Part shown: positions 48,084-62,310 of the stretch, one piece after another
Position numbering within the stretch: position 1 is the stretch's first letter
How the letters are laid out: every line of letters begins with the position of its first letter
Assembly (NCBI GenBank): GCA_030704615.1
Contig: CM060734.1
Span: 62,992,001-63,056,000 of the forward strand
Source of the DNA: Takakia lepidozioides
Taxonomy: Eukaryota; Plantae; Bryophyta
Direction: 5' to 3'
Length of the DNA: 64,000 bases
Notes under the pieces: generated by a model
Database searches by the model: none
What the model was told of the DNA's origin: nothing
What the model saw: the letters and a program-made list of their open reading frames with translations, nothing else
Program-made: the position numbers and the translations under genes

Positions 48084-50854
48084 TCATGCGTCTCTCTGTA
48101 AAATGATGAGGAGCTTCTTTAAGATATCGTCTCAATGCATATTTTAGCCTACTTTCAACTACCTGACAGACATTCTTTAGAGTTGCTGAAGGTGAGGATT
48201 TGACTTCTCAGTTGGACATTTTGATTGACAGTTGACTTGTTCTGGCTAGCTTTTGGTCGATCTATCTTTAAGCAGTTTATTGGGATTCCAATGATCACCG
48301 ATTTTGTTAGCTACCGATGTCTGTTCACTTATGATTTTGAGTTCCAGAAGGCTTAATTGAAATTGGAACTTGCCCTACATTTTAAGGAATAATTTCTATG
48401 GTAAGAATGTACTCACAGGACGTTGTTTGCCTATTCTATGGTAAGAAAATTTGTAGCTAATAGTTTAGCTTCAGATCCTTCAGAGTTTTCCTGATTTCAT
48501 GGATAAGAGCTAATTGTAAATGCTTATCAGAGTTGAATTCATGAAGGAAGTGCTTATAACATTTTGAGCCTCATAATTTCAAAAGATTTTGATTGTGCCA
48601 AATACTATTAGACACTATGTTGGAATTCGAATGATCAGAATGCTCCACATCAGTCCAATTCTACAGGGTTGTGAGGACTTGTACCGGTTAAGGCTTTGCC
48701 AGTCTCTCAAATGGTCATGTTTGAGAGTTGATTCAAGATAAAGGGTATGTTTTGCTGCTCCTGTGGTGGCTGCTGCTGTGATCACAACAGAAATAATTAT
48801 GTGAATCTGTGAGTCTGCAAAGGTGTTCTCACAGTCTTCCTGCACATTCTCTCCCTCAACCATGTTGGAAAAGACTCCAGCTACGATCATTCATTCTCCT
48901 CCAGAATAGCACGCCAAACGCCTCAATTCCACGGATGAAAGAGATCATGGAACGCCCCGGTGGTCATTTCACACTAGAGAGCAGGGAGGAAGTGGAGGGA
49001 GCAGAGCGAGGGGACAGGACACCCCATAACACAATTAGCACTAGGCTGCGTTCATTGCAATAAAAAATCAATCTACTCACATCAGATACTAAATCACATG
49101 TCCATTTGCTAGGCATGGGTGGGAGTCAGACTGTGGCGCCATGGTGTGTATGGTGGGCATGGGTATGATGGTGAATGTAAGTTGATATAATTTGTGAAGT
49201 AATGTACTAGAGCGCGGTGGGCGATGCAACCACGGTCAGCCCACAGGTCGAAAGTCGAAAGCTTCGTCCTGATTTGTATCTCAAATGAAACCTTCACTTT
49301 CAATTTCCATACTTACACTACGCTTGCTTCTACACATTCGTGATGTAAGTACATCAAGTTCAGACCCGCCCATTGCTCTTGCGCATGTACATAAATCCAC
49401 AGACTTTCAATTTGTTTCAAACATCAAGTGTAGACGGATCACTCTGGTCTGTAATATACCGCGTTATGAATGTAAGAAAACAGCAGCCTGCAGACCTTCG
49501 CTACCAGAGTTTTGAAGGATGTCTGAACCCACTCCCATTTCCCCCCTACAACTCAAACATGATGTACAAACTACGAGATGAAAGTAAGGTAAGGGCCCTG
49601 CACCAGGACGGATTTATTGAACAGATTGGGGCGGCATGTAGTCGCATATCTAACCAGTAATACCTTGTGCATCGAATCAGACCGGAAGTTTTGTACTCAA
49701 CCTTTCGTCCACATACGCGGACACGAACTATTTGGAGCATGTCTTCTCAGTCAGTGTCGCCCATCGCAAGCATCTCAATCGTTATCAAAAGACTTTTCAC
49801 ATCACAACCCTTGATCATCTCCTGGATCGATACATTCTCAAGTTGTAGGTCTGCTTCTACTTTCTCACACCTCCCTGCACTGCATATGAAGACCTTATTA
49901 CCCACCGCGCCCCAATCACCCTCCATCGTAAGTTCTCCACCTTCAAACTACATCATTTCTAAGTACTGACTGCTTGTACATATTTATGAACAAATGTACG
50001 TTTCCACTAGTCGAGGTCGAATAACAAGTCCACTCTAAAACCACATTCGGGGTTTTAGAGGTGCTGACTGGTTAAGTTCTAAGCTACGCCCAATCGTGAG
50101 GGAAGAGCCTCAAATCTCGTTGGTTTCAACGTGTCGATTAACCCTGGCCCGATGTCCGTGGGAGTTGATTTGCAGATTCCAGACGGTCTTGCTGCGCGTT
50201 GTCTTATGCAGGATTCTCTGTCGCCCCTAGCTCGTGTGGCACATCTGGATTGTTGTCGACGTTCGATCCGCTATGACATGGTTGCACTTCAGACGTTGCG
50301 GAGTCTACATCATAAGGAATTAGAACTGCGTCAGACCACCTTTAAGGTTCATTAGCAAATAATTATAATTGCACCAGTGCAGCTATAACATAACCCCGAG
50401 CATCTAACGAGTTGCAGAAGGACGTCTCAACCCCTATGTCGGGATGTCATGAGAGGGTTAACTCTGGCAGTGGTTATACGTAAGAGGTAAGCCTCTTATT
50501 CTCCCAGCTTGAAGAGGCCCACAAGCTCGCGCTCCAAATGTTCACCATCGTTAAACAACGCGACCAACGCGTAACGCAGCAACTCAGCTACTGAGCAATA
50601 AATTCGCAACCGTGCAGCATGAAAGATCCATGAACAGCAGCATAGACCTTGTTGTCAACAATGCTCATACATCAGCCCCGGGTTGGTGCGATGCTGCAAC
50701 TAGTTACCTTAGGGAAAATTTGTAGCCGTAGCCGTAGGTAGGAGCCTCATCGTCTGTTCAAAACGACCTTGGATTTGAAATTCCTGGCTTGCAAGCCGCA
50801 CGAACCAATATTCAACTTAGAATGCTTTACAAACGTCTTTACACTGTGAACTTG

Positions 50855-51250
50855 TTACATACCCGGAAGGCCCGTCCCTCTAGTAGGAGTGGAGTCGGCC
50901 AAGTTGTGCGGGTAACCTTCCTCCGACATTTGACCTTTACCGGCCATCAATTGCTGCTCTGCCTGCTGCTGCGCTGTGGCGCGAATGCCCGCCTGCTTCA
51001 TTGACGACTGCTTCTTCATCTCAACAGCCTTTGCGTCCGCCCTCTGCCTCGACTCCGGGCTGAAGGGATGCGCCAGCTTGGTCAGCCCGGCCTTCACCGA
51101 CGCCAGGTTGTGGTCCAGCTTCTCACGCGCGCCTGATGTTAGCATCGCAAGGTCCTCCTTGGCCATCACTTTCTTCTTGGACGATCCTGCCGAGCTCGCT
51201 TGGCCCTGCCCTGCGCTCGCGGCCTGCTGTGGCCCCGCAGCGTCCGCCAT
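50855..51250 (-). CDS. LEA group 4 (LEA_1)-like hydrophilic protein
   Basis: A/Q/K/S-rich with no Cys or Trp. 'AKEDLAMLTSGAREKLDHNLASVKAGLTK' resembles the LEA_1 helix, and G-boxes lie upstream. Confidence 0.65.
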   Translation of the reverse strand: MADAAGPQQAASAGQGQASSAGSSKKKVMAKEDLAMLTSGAREKLDHNLASVKAGLTKLAHPFSPESRQRADAKAVEMKKQSSMKQAGIRATAQQQAEQQLMAGKGQMSEEGYPHNLADSTPTRGTGLPGM

Positions 51251-51344
51251 GCTCACCACCCCGCACTACACACTACGCTGCGTGCCTTGCTGCCCCCGAC
51301 CATCCACACTCCTTCCCGGCACCTTTTTGCCACCCTTTCCACCT

Positions 51345-51495
51345 CCACGTGTTCCCTCCCTTACACGCCACTCGGGCCACACTCTTATTCCACGTGTTTA
51401 GCTGCCACTTGTATTATGAGGCTGTTGCCTCGTGTGGGCGTACTTGTCTACTTCGTGAAGAGAGTGCTGCTAGTCATTTGTGAGAGAGCACGTGT
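51345..51495 (-). promoter_or_regulatory. Three G-box/ABRE elements
   Basis: ACACGTGG at 51345-51352 and 51390-51397, and ACACGTGC at 51488-51495, 95-245 bp upstream of the ATG. Confidence 0.65.
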
Positions 51496-53020
51496 ATGGG
51501 TGAGTAATCAACGCACGATTGAATCTGATCACACGACGACAATCAGTCCCCGTGGCGCGTTGCACCTCCTAGATCGTGCGATGCAGGTTTAGCCACGAGA
51601 TATGACACAAAGCGGATCATGGGCTCCACAGAGCAGCTGAGTCTTGGGGTTGGTTGCTGCATGTTGTTCATGCAAGTGTGCTTTGCTTGGAGCAACAGTG
51701 GGTGGGTAGCCTGCTGCGCAGTGCAAGTGCAGAGGGGTATTCCATATCGCAATCTCTCAACTCCCATTGTGCTCATAGGGCTTTCCTTAACTTCCAGAAG
51801 AAGGCTCTAATTAGAGTGTAGTAGAAAGGAAAGTTGTACTCTCCACTATCCTACTACACATTACTAGTAAAATGTTCAAAGTTACCTTCTCACAAAGAGG
51901 AAAGTGGTAGAGATAATCTTGTACAATCAACTTAAACAGGTGGGATGTAGTAGTTTGGGGCTCCAGGAGAGCTCAGGTACTAAGTTTCTTCGCGTGTTCC
52001 CACCCTCAGTGCTGCACCAACAAACTCGTCCTTCACTCTTCATCCATACAAAAGAAAGAATGTCAGAGATCTAAGCTATCCCACACATGACCAAGCAGCC
52101 TTTAGACACCACATCCAGGTAATATAAGAATGATGAAGAAACTCATCAGATAAAACATGTTTCAAAGAACGCTCTTTAGAGTCGACTAGCCTCTCAATCA
52201 TGTTACCAAATCAGAAAATTTTGGTCTGAGAGGAATCATTGCAATAAAAAATTAAACAATCAGAACCACTTGCAGATTGACTTCCGACAGGGGTCGTCAC
52301 GGTAGCCCGCATCTATGATTCATACTAAGGAGGTGTCTATCTCTACTTGCTACCCAACTCAGCCAGCCTACTGCGACACTTGCTAACTTCACCATGGGTG
52401 TCCCTGCTCAACTCGCGTGTGCCATTGCAAGTGTCACTACATAAATTGGCTGATTAATACTTAATGCGAGGGGCTGACATGGGCAGGGAATAAATGAGCT
52501 GAAAGTGCAAGTATGATAAGGGCTCATGCAAAGCAACCAAGGAAGTGAACTTCAGGCAGTCCCGCGTCAGATCAAGGATGGACCAGGACCCTAACGATGG
52601 ACAGTAGAAATACAGGGCACTACAAGGCTGGATGACCAAACCACTATTAAGTAAACCTATAAAATACTAGGTCCAAGAGCACCTGCTGCAAATCATTGTT
52701 TGCAGACCTTCATGCTCCATGGAAATCCGCACAATGTTACGACTAAGAAGAATCTGCAGAGCCTATGCTTTCTTAGACAGCCGGTCACAGAAAGCTTAGT
52801 GCAAACTGTGATAAAGGACAATTGTTTAACATCACTTCTAACCTCAAAAAGATATTGTGGCCACACTCAAGGGAACCAAAAAAATGAACAATACACAGCA
52901 CCAACAGAGGACACACTGCCAGGGAACTCAAAACCCTCAATCTCTGCAGAGAGCACACCACACATACACAGCTGACCGAGAAGATAATTGAAACTGCCAA
53001 TAAGAGGTGGCCAGAGTCCA

Positions 53021-53109
53021 GGCCATCAGCAAGCCAGAGTTATCAGATATGGTAGAACTGTACCTGTCTGCATCATGGCTGACCTTTCAGGAGGTCACAT
53101 CAATTGGCC
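53021..53109 (-). ncRNA. Candidate box C/D snoRNA, copy 1
   Basis: GGCCA/TGGCC terminal stem, C-like TTGATGT, internal ATGATG and terminal CTGA; 89 nt. Confidence 0.45.
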
Positions 53110-53189
53110 TTCCCAATTTGTCCCCTAGTAAGCTTAAAAATAAGTGATTAGACCTAGAAGTCGAGATTTACAGGTTTGGTAAATGCCAC

Positions 53190-53276
53190 GGCCATCAGCC
53201 CACCGGAATTATCAGATATGGCAAAGCCTGGTCTGTCCGCATCATGGTCGACCTAAAAAGGTCAAATCACCTGGCC
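53190..53276 (-). ncRNA. Candidate box C/D snoRNA, copy 2
   Basis: Diverged paralog that keeps the stem, TGAT, TGACCT/AGGTC hairpin, ATGATGC, CCATATCTGA and terminal CTGA; 87 nt. Confidence 0.42.
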
Positions 53277-53531
53277 TTCCAATCCATTGGAAGATCGAAG
53301 CTCTCCAGCAACTACTTCAACTAGGAAGACCACAAACATTGAAGTCTAGATAGTCATACAAGACAATGACTTGAGCACGTAGCATGCTAGCTCCTCGTAT
53401 ACAGCCACACGACCATCCCGCAATGAGACCTGAATATGATCACCGATTAAATACACCACATTCTCAGTAGTGGGCATCCAAATGAAAAGGTTCTTTATAG
53501 CAAAAATGGGCATTGCGTGGACCCTGAAATA

Positions 53532-54500
<969 letters not shown>

Positions 54501-54567
54501 GGCTGCAGGCAGGCCGCAGAGCAGCGATGGCAAGCGTGAAAGGAAGAGAGCGCCTGCAGGCCAGCCT

Positions 54568-54582
54568 TTAGGGTTCTGGGCC
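54568..54582 (-). promoter_or_regulatory. Telo-box and site II motif in the RPL26 promoter
   Basis: AACCCTAA (54568-54575, minus strand) next to TGGGCC (54577-54582), a pairing typical of plant ribosomal protein promoters. Confidence 0.6.
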
Positions 54583-56938
54583 TGCTCACTCGGGCAGCTC
54601 GGGCAGCTCCTATATTGCCCAAATTGCCAACTAATATCACACAGTCATATTATTTCACCTGCCCTGCCCTTCCCTGCCCAGAACGGTACACCGGTATGTT
54701 ACTGACACATCATCATGTTACAGGGTATAGCCCGTGAATCTTGATGTTTCAAAGAAATGGTTGTGTGCGGTAACCGGCTACCTAGACATGGCTTATGGGT
54801 GATTGCAAGCCCGAAAGCTTGAAACGGTTGAGGGCTCTGCATTGAAGCAATTCCAGTCCACACTGCAGCAATTTGTTCGGAACAAGTCTGCAGGCAATGT
54901 AAGTAGTGTACGAGTAGAGGAGGACGAGTCTGTGAACAGACTGGTGAGGCAGGATGCCGACTAGAGGTGGAGAAAATTTGAGTGGAGAAAATTTGAGTGG
55001 CCGCCTCCCCCAGTGGAAACAGTCAGGAAGGAGATTGCCGATGCAGTCAAGTTGGATAAGCTTTGCAACAAAATGTCTTTCAATCCCTGGGCAACGGTGG
55101 GACATCGAGGCAAGAAGGTGAGGTCCTGTTATGTATAATGCAAGAGAGACAATAAGATGCTTATGAGAGATAAACTATATGCCCCCCCTTGTCTTCTGTT
55201 CGCTTACTCCCTTTCCTCAACACTGTAACTGGCAGAACCACATTCACGTGTGTCACATTTGTTGTAATCTAAAAGGGCTTGTGGCGCAGTGCAGTGTTGA
55301 CCTCATGATGTCTAATTTATGCTCTTTCTACATTTCCTGTGACTGAACAACACTTCCACAATTTATTTCAAGCTAGACGGCTAAAGGAGTGGAGTTTCAT
55401 GGCTTTAGACGAAATCAGGGGACTAAAATCTTCAGGTGATGCATCGCAATTCATTCTGTTGCGTGCCAGTGTGAAGTGCTACTCGTATTGCAATAACAGG
55501 CACGTGTGTCACTAACTAGAGTCATGATATGAATTTGCTCCTTTCTACCATAAGTGAAACTACACTCAATCCTCTGTAACTGGATTGGTTGACTGTGCAT
55601 GAGCAGTATGACAGTTTTCGCCTACTTTCCCTTACCGTGGTGGTTCAAACCCCCATAACTGACACAGGATCCAGTGGGGACCTGTCATGGAACGTTGTGC
55701 AGTTGCAAGGGCATATTCGCTCGTCCAGTCACATACATTTGTTAGTCTTGCCAGAGTGCAGCATAGACTAGTATTTAGCAGGTAGAGGTAGGGTGGTTGC
55801 CATGTAAATTATGGGTTATCATTGGAAGCTACTTTTGGAATCTATTCATTTTTGTTTTGGAGGCTAGGATAGCTGAAGTAAGGATTGAGTGGGTGCAGGT
55901 CCACTCTAGGGAACCAGACTTCAAGCACAAGAGTACCAGCACGGCACAATGATTTGATAGTTACAAGAAACCTTTGTGAGTGGATGGTCAACTGGAGAAG
56001 CTGGAAGCAGCTAGGAGTAAACACCCATATGAGATGGGTCAGTTTATTTCTGAGAGTTTGCTTTCTGCTTCCAGGCACACTGCAGCAAGATTGGGGTCTA
56101 CAAAGACTATTAGTTGAGACTGGCGTAAATATGGTTTTAGGTAGGCCTTTGTCAGTGTATTTCCTTCCACTTCAATATGCAGGCTTTTTTGGACAGATGA
56201 GGTGATAACTGCATTTTCCCCCTTCTCCTATTTTGCCTTCTTCCCCTTTTACCCATGGGGTGCTACCTTGTCGTGGTGGGCTTTGTAGCTGGCCTTTATG
56301 GTGGATTTCGGCTGGTTGTGTGGTTGTCTGCAACTGTATGCAGGCAAGTATCCAAAGTGCCAAACAAGAGGTGAGGAGAAGCTTTGGAAAGGTTACTTTT
56401 TCAAGCCCCGGTCGAGGCAAAAAGGTGAATGCCTCTTGTTTTACGGAGAAGGAAAACAACAGTTTATAGTTGCATACTTCCTCACATCAAGCAATGATAG
56501 CACCCATGGTCTCCCTGTCTCTTCCTGTCTCTTTCATTTTGCATGCTGTAAAGCTATGGCAGGCCAATGTTTGCAGGAAGCGGCATGAGCAAATCCCCGG
56601 TCATTGGATTGCTTCATTGACTTTGTGGCGGTAGTTTGACAAATTGGGCCTTCCACTCCACACTCCAGTGGGTTGAAGTGACTGGTCTGGGGACTTTCAT
56701 ATCTGGTGGGGATTAATTCCCAGTTTATTGCCAAAGATACCCACCTTCTCTCCCTTGCACACACTTTTAGTCGAGCCACCAGGTAGCATAGGTGTCTAGT
56801 GTTTGGAGTATGGGCAGGCTGTTTGCCATCTAATATATGGGTTCATCATGAAGGGGAGGATGTTCATGTGGCAAGGGCGAGATAGTGCACTCTTGTTGTG
56901 GACGCAAGGATAGGTGAAGAAGGCAGGGATAGAATGGG

Positions 56939-59150
56939 GTGCAGATCAATCCTAGACGACGAGATGTCAAGTGCAAAGGAACTAATGAGGCGCTGTGGAT
57001 TGATATCTCCAAGAAACTTGCATGTGTAGACGGTCTATTGGAGAGGTTGGAAGCATCCTGCCTCACTTGTCATGATGTGAGGACACTCTGTAAGGCAGGG
57101 CAATTGAAACAGGTGCTAGACATTTTGATGCAAGGAGACCTTTTGGTGGACTCCAACACATATGTTTGTCTCTTGCAAGAGTGCATAAAAATGAAAGGCC
57201 TAGCAGAGGGAAAGCAGGTGCATGCCCACATTATTCAATGTGGATTCAAGCTAAACATCTTCCTACTCAACAACCTTGTAAACATGTATGTCAAGTGTGG
57301 GAGTGTGCTGGATGCACGCCTAATATTTGACAAAATGCTTGAACGGGATGTGTGTACATGGACTATAATGGTGGCAGGATATGTGAAGCATGGGTATGGC
57401 AGGGAGGCTTTGGTGGTCTATGAGCAAATGCGTCAAGAAGGGGTCAAGCCCAACAAAATCACATTTATTTGTATCGTCAATGCGTGTGCCAGCCTTGGAG
57501 CCCTGGAAAAGGGTATAGAGGTCCATGATACTATCACCAAAGCTGGTATTGTGCCAGACACCATTCTTGAGACTGCGCTTGTTGGCATGTATGCCAAGTG
57601 TGGGAGCATGAAGGATGCACACCGTTTGTTCAACAAAATGGCTCATCCAGATGTGGTCTCGTGGAGTGCGATGATTGCAGGATATTCGCAGCAGGGGTGT
57701 TCTAGGGAGGCTGTGGATACTTTTGAGCAAATGAAACAGGAAGGGGTGAAACCCACCCAGGTCACATTCAATTGTGTCCTCAATGCGTGTGCCAGTCTGG
57801 CAGCCCTGGAGAAGGGCAAAGAAATCCATGCTGACATCATCAAAGCCACAATTGTGCCTAATGTCATCTTGGAGAATACCCTTGTTGACATGTATTCCAA
57901 ATGTGGGAGCATGAAGGATGCAAACCAAGTGTTCTGTAATATGGCTAAACGAAATGTAGTCTCATGGACAGCAATGATTGTAGGGTATGCTGAAAATGGT
58001 TGTGGTATGGAGGCCCTGCAACTATTTGAACAAATGCTGCAGGAAGGGTTGAGGCCGAATTGTATCACCTTCATAGGTGTTCTCTCTGCGTGTAGCCATG
58101 TAGGCCTAGTGGATGAAGGCCATCACTACTTTGATTCTATGAATCGAGATCATGGCCTCACTCCTTCGGTGGAACATTTTGGCTGCATGGTGGACCTTCT
58201 TGGGCGTGCAGGACAATTTGATGAGGCAAAAACCTTCATTGAAAAAATGCCAATGAAACCAGATGCTGCGCTATGGCGGGCCTTGCTTGGTGCCTGCAAA
58301 ATTCATGCAAAAGTGGAGGTCGCAGAACAGGCAGCAAAATCCCTACTTACGTTGGATCCACAAGTTGCTGCAACTTAGTGTGCAGCTATCAAACATTTAT
58401 GCTGTAGCTGGCAGGTGGGACAAACAGGAGAGGTGGGAAAAGCGATGAAGGATAGAGCTCTCAGAGAGGAGCCAGGTTGCTACTGCAGTGCTGTTGGCCA
58501 TCAAGTGCATACTTTCATTGTAGACAACACATCGTGTCGACAGTTGGGAGATCCATGCTCAGCTTAAGATGCTGTCAGGGCAGATGAAGGAGACCCGGTA
58601 CAGGCCTTTCATTTGCTTTGTATGGAGGAGCAGAAGGAAACTTTGTTCTGCTACCACATTGAGAGGGATCCCGGGATTCCTCTCCAAGCCAAGAACCTAC
58701 AGGTGTGTAGTAACCAGTGTTGGGCGGTTATTTGAATTTCTCTCTAATACCCGGTGGTTACCTATCCGGTTATATGTATATATGACCGGCGGAGGTGAAA
58801 AAATGTAACTGGTCCAGTTATGAACCGGCGGAGGTCACACATTCAAATAACCGAGCAAAAAACCTCTTAAAGAACCGCCCAATACCCGCGGTTATTTGAT
58901 GAAAACCGCCGGTTATTTGAGGTTTTTGCAAGTAACCGTAACCGGCAAGTTATATCTAGCCATAGAAAATTTAATAACCGCAACCGCATGTTAGTAGTTT
59001 TCTAAAATTTGAAGCAACTGGAACCGCCAGTTATGAAAAAAATCATATAACCGCGCAACACTGGTAGTAACTGGCAGCCAAGTTTATCTTAAGAGGTTAT
59101 TGCTGACCAATTATTTTAGGGGACCACTTTCACCACTTCGACGATGGGAC
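56939..59150 (+). pseudogene. PLS-E-DYW PPR RNA-editing factor with intact PPR array and decayed E/DYW region
   Basis: A 479-aa open P-L-S array. TAG at 58376 in the E motif ('VAAT*VQLSNIYA'), PG box 'EEPG', 'KNLQVC' and 'FHHFDDG' with frameshifts. Confidence 0.88.
58715..59063. mobile_element. hAT-type MITE inside the DYW domain
   Basis: TIR CAGTGTTG(G/C)GCGGTTAT, 8-bp TSD GTAGTAAC (58707-58714 and 59064-59071), and AACCG repeats. Confidence 0.92.
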
Positions 59151-59846
59151 TTAATTCTCTTAGAAATGACATCAAAATGAGCACCATGCATGAAAGAGCA
59201 CAAGTTGCTTCATAGGCAAGGGTGGAAATGGCACAAATTGTTCCTAACTTGCAGATATCATCTGTAAAGTTGAGGTGATGCTGATTCATTCATGAGCAGA
59301 ACTGTTAACAGTGTATTGGAGGGGGGTCACCATCAGATTTGCAAGTATACAGTAAGCGAGCATCAACCACCATCTCTCTATCATGACCACCACATGCTGG
59401 TGTGCACCAGTTTTATTATTTCTTCTTTTTCGGGCAAGCACAGTTATTTTTGTCTTCCTTTCTCTATATAGCTCAGGTCTTTGTTTTCGGCTTCCAGGTG
59501 TAGCGAGGAAGGGTGAGCAAGGAATTGGGTGGCGGTCAGAAGGAGGATGTGACAGTGGCCACTGCAGTTAAGAAGATGGAGCAGGGTAGTGACACCATAG
59601 AGCAGCGGCAGCAGTATTAATGACCACTGGACCTAAGCATGAGCCAACCCACTCTGCATGGTGCAATCAAGTGAGACTAAAACCAAAACTCCAAAGGAGG
59701 GTACACCTCTCCACTTAGTAGAAACAGAAAATGGCCAATGATCCAAGTGGGTGGTGACTCTGTTACACACTGTCCTGCACAAGCAAATTTGAGATTCAAT
59801 CTCCTACTGAACCCTGTATTTGACATTGTAACTTTTCTCAATTTTC

Positions 59847-62310
59847 TCACTTTGTGTGGACCTTTTCCCACTTCAGAAGGCATTTAGCTACATGTTCTCC
59901 CACCTCCATAATACCATGACTTATACAGGCACCAAGCAAAGCCCCCCACACCACAGCATCTGGTTCAATTGGCATTCTGCTTATGAGGTGCAATGCGTCA
60001 TCCAACCGGCCTGCACGACCAAAAAGATCCACCATGCAAGCAAAATGTTCTGCTGTAGGAGTGATGTCATGATCTCCGCGCATGGAATTGAAGTAGTGAC
60101 AGCCTTCATCCACAAGGCCCATGTGGCTACATGCAGAGAGAACACATATCAAGGGCATCTCCTCAAATAGTTGTATGGCCTCCCTACCACAACTATGCTG
60201 ACCATATCCTGCAATCATTGCACTCCAGGAGACCTCATTTCGCCCAACCATGTTGTTGAACACTTGACGCACATCCTTCATATTCCCACATTTGGCATAC
60301 ATGTCAATAAGGGCAGTCTCTAAAACGAAATCTGGTGCAATTGCACCTTTCATGATATCCACGTGGATCTCCTTGCCTTTTTCCAAGGCTGCCAGGCTGG
60401 CACATGCATTGAGAACACAAACAAACGTGACCTTGGTGGGCTTCACCCCTTCCCATATCATTTGCTCATAAGTTGCCAAAGCTTCCCTTCCACAACCATG
60501 CTGAGTATATCCAGCAATCATTGCATTCCATGAGACCACATTTTGTACCGCCATTTTGTCAAACACTTTGCGTGCATTCTTCATGCTCCCACATTTCCCA
60601 TACATGTCTACAAGGGTATTCTCCAAAATAGTAGAGTTATCCGTAAAGTGAGCCTGAGTTTGGTACCCTGTTTGGACCCGAGTTACGGGTTTCATCCTGA
60701 GTTTGAGTTAATCAGTAAAGTGCAGAGAACTGAGCATGAAGTCAGAAAAGAGGGCACCAAATCATAAACTGGGGATGAGGGCAACCGCTGCTATGGCGCG
60801 AGCTCGTGAGCTCTGACCGCCTTCGCCTCGACGACTAACAAAACTCGGCACCAAACTCCTTTCACCCCCATTTTCCTAGCCCTGGCAGTTTGGTCCCGTG
60901 TTTTTTTCTAGTATACCGCTTGATCCTGAGTTTGGAGTTTCATACCGAGTTTTGGCCAAACTCAGGGTTCTCATGCCGAGTTTGGGACCCTTTCCGGATA
61001 ACTCTAGTATCTGGCATAATTCCAGCTTTGATGATGTCAACATGGACCTCCTTGCCAATTGCCAGGGCCCCTAGGCTGGCACATGCCTTGAGAATGCAAA
61101 TGAATGTTACATTGTTGGGCATGAATCCTTCCCGTATCAGTTGCTTATACATCTCAAATGCCTCCCTACCATACCCACCCTGAGCATATCCTGCAACCAT
61201 TGCATTCCATGAGACTACATCACGTTGACACATATTTCAAATACACAATATGCATCCTGCATGCTCCCACATTTTGCGTACATGTTAATAAGGGCAGTCT
61301 CCAGAATGATATCACGCGCAATCCCAGCTTTCATGATGTCAGCATGGACCTCTTTGCCCTTTTCCAGGTCTGACAAGCTGGCACACGCATTGAGAACACA
61401 AATGACTGTGACTTTGTTGGGTAAGACGCCCTTGCCGTATCATTTGTTCATGGGTGTCATAAGCCTCTCTACCACGCCCATGCTGAGCATATCCTGCGAT
61501 CATCACACTACATGAGACCACATCTCGCTTAGCCATAGCATGGAACACTTTCTGTGCATCTTTTATGCTCCCGCAATTGAAATGCATGTCGGCAAGTGTA
61601 TTCTCCAGAGTGACATCTTGCACAATTCCACCTTTGATGATGTCAGTATGGATCTCTCTGCCCTTCCCTAGGGCTCCAAGGCTGGCACAAGCTTTGAGAA
61701 GACAAATGAAAGTAACATTGTCAGCCATCATTCCTTTATGACGCATTTGCTCATACATCTCAAAAGCTTCCCTTCCACGCCCGTTCTGAGTGTATCCTGA
61801 TATCATTATATTCCACGTACAAAGATCTTGCTCAGCCATTTTATCAAACACTTGGCATGCATCCACCATACTCCTGCACTTGGCATACATATTGACCAGG
61901 GTGTTTAGTAGAAAGATGTTTGGCTCGAATCCACTTTGGATGATGTGGTTGTGAACCTGCTTTCCCTCTGCTAGGCCTCTCCGCTTGATGCAGTACTGCA
62001 AGAGACAGACATAAGTATTGGAATCTACCGACACTCCTCCTTGGTCCAAAATGTGCAGCACTTTTTTCAGTTTTCCTGCCTTACACAGGGTCCTTAAATC
62101 CTTGTAAGTGTGAGACTTCCTGATGTTGACTCGCTCTATAACTACTCTGTGCAAAGGAGCCAGAATGGTGGATGTGCCTGATTCGACCAACTCTGCCTGA
62201 TTCAAACCTGCCATCCTGCATGGTTTTGAAGTCATTATTATAAACCGTGACACATAACCTACGTGCTGCAAAAGAAGGATCCCCTTGTGACGATAGGCTC
62301 CTTGTGACAT
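59847..62310 (-). pseudogene. PLS-E PPR gene broken by frameshifts and a MITE
   Basis: ORFs 61339-62310, 60940-61233 and 59847-60695 are consecutive pieces of one array. Its N-terminus is paralogous to the 56939 gene. Confidence 0.88.
60634..61004. mobile_element. 371-bp MITE with GAGTTATCCG TIRs
   Basis: GAGTTATCCG / CGGATAACTC flanked by TAGTA on both sides. Removing it restores 'GIMPDT-ILENTLVDMY'. Confidence 0.88.

Noticed and set aside
54780-56900. Short ORFs between RPL26 and the PPR gene
   Set aside because: They contain stops, have no recognisable domain and give no consistent splice model.
57320-58074. Long antisense ORFs over PPR and retroelement genes
   Set aside because: They are shadow frames of real coding sequence on the other strand.
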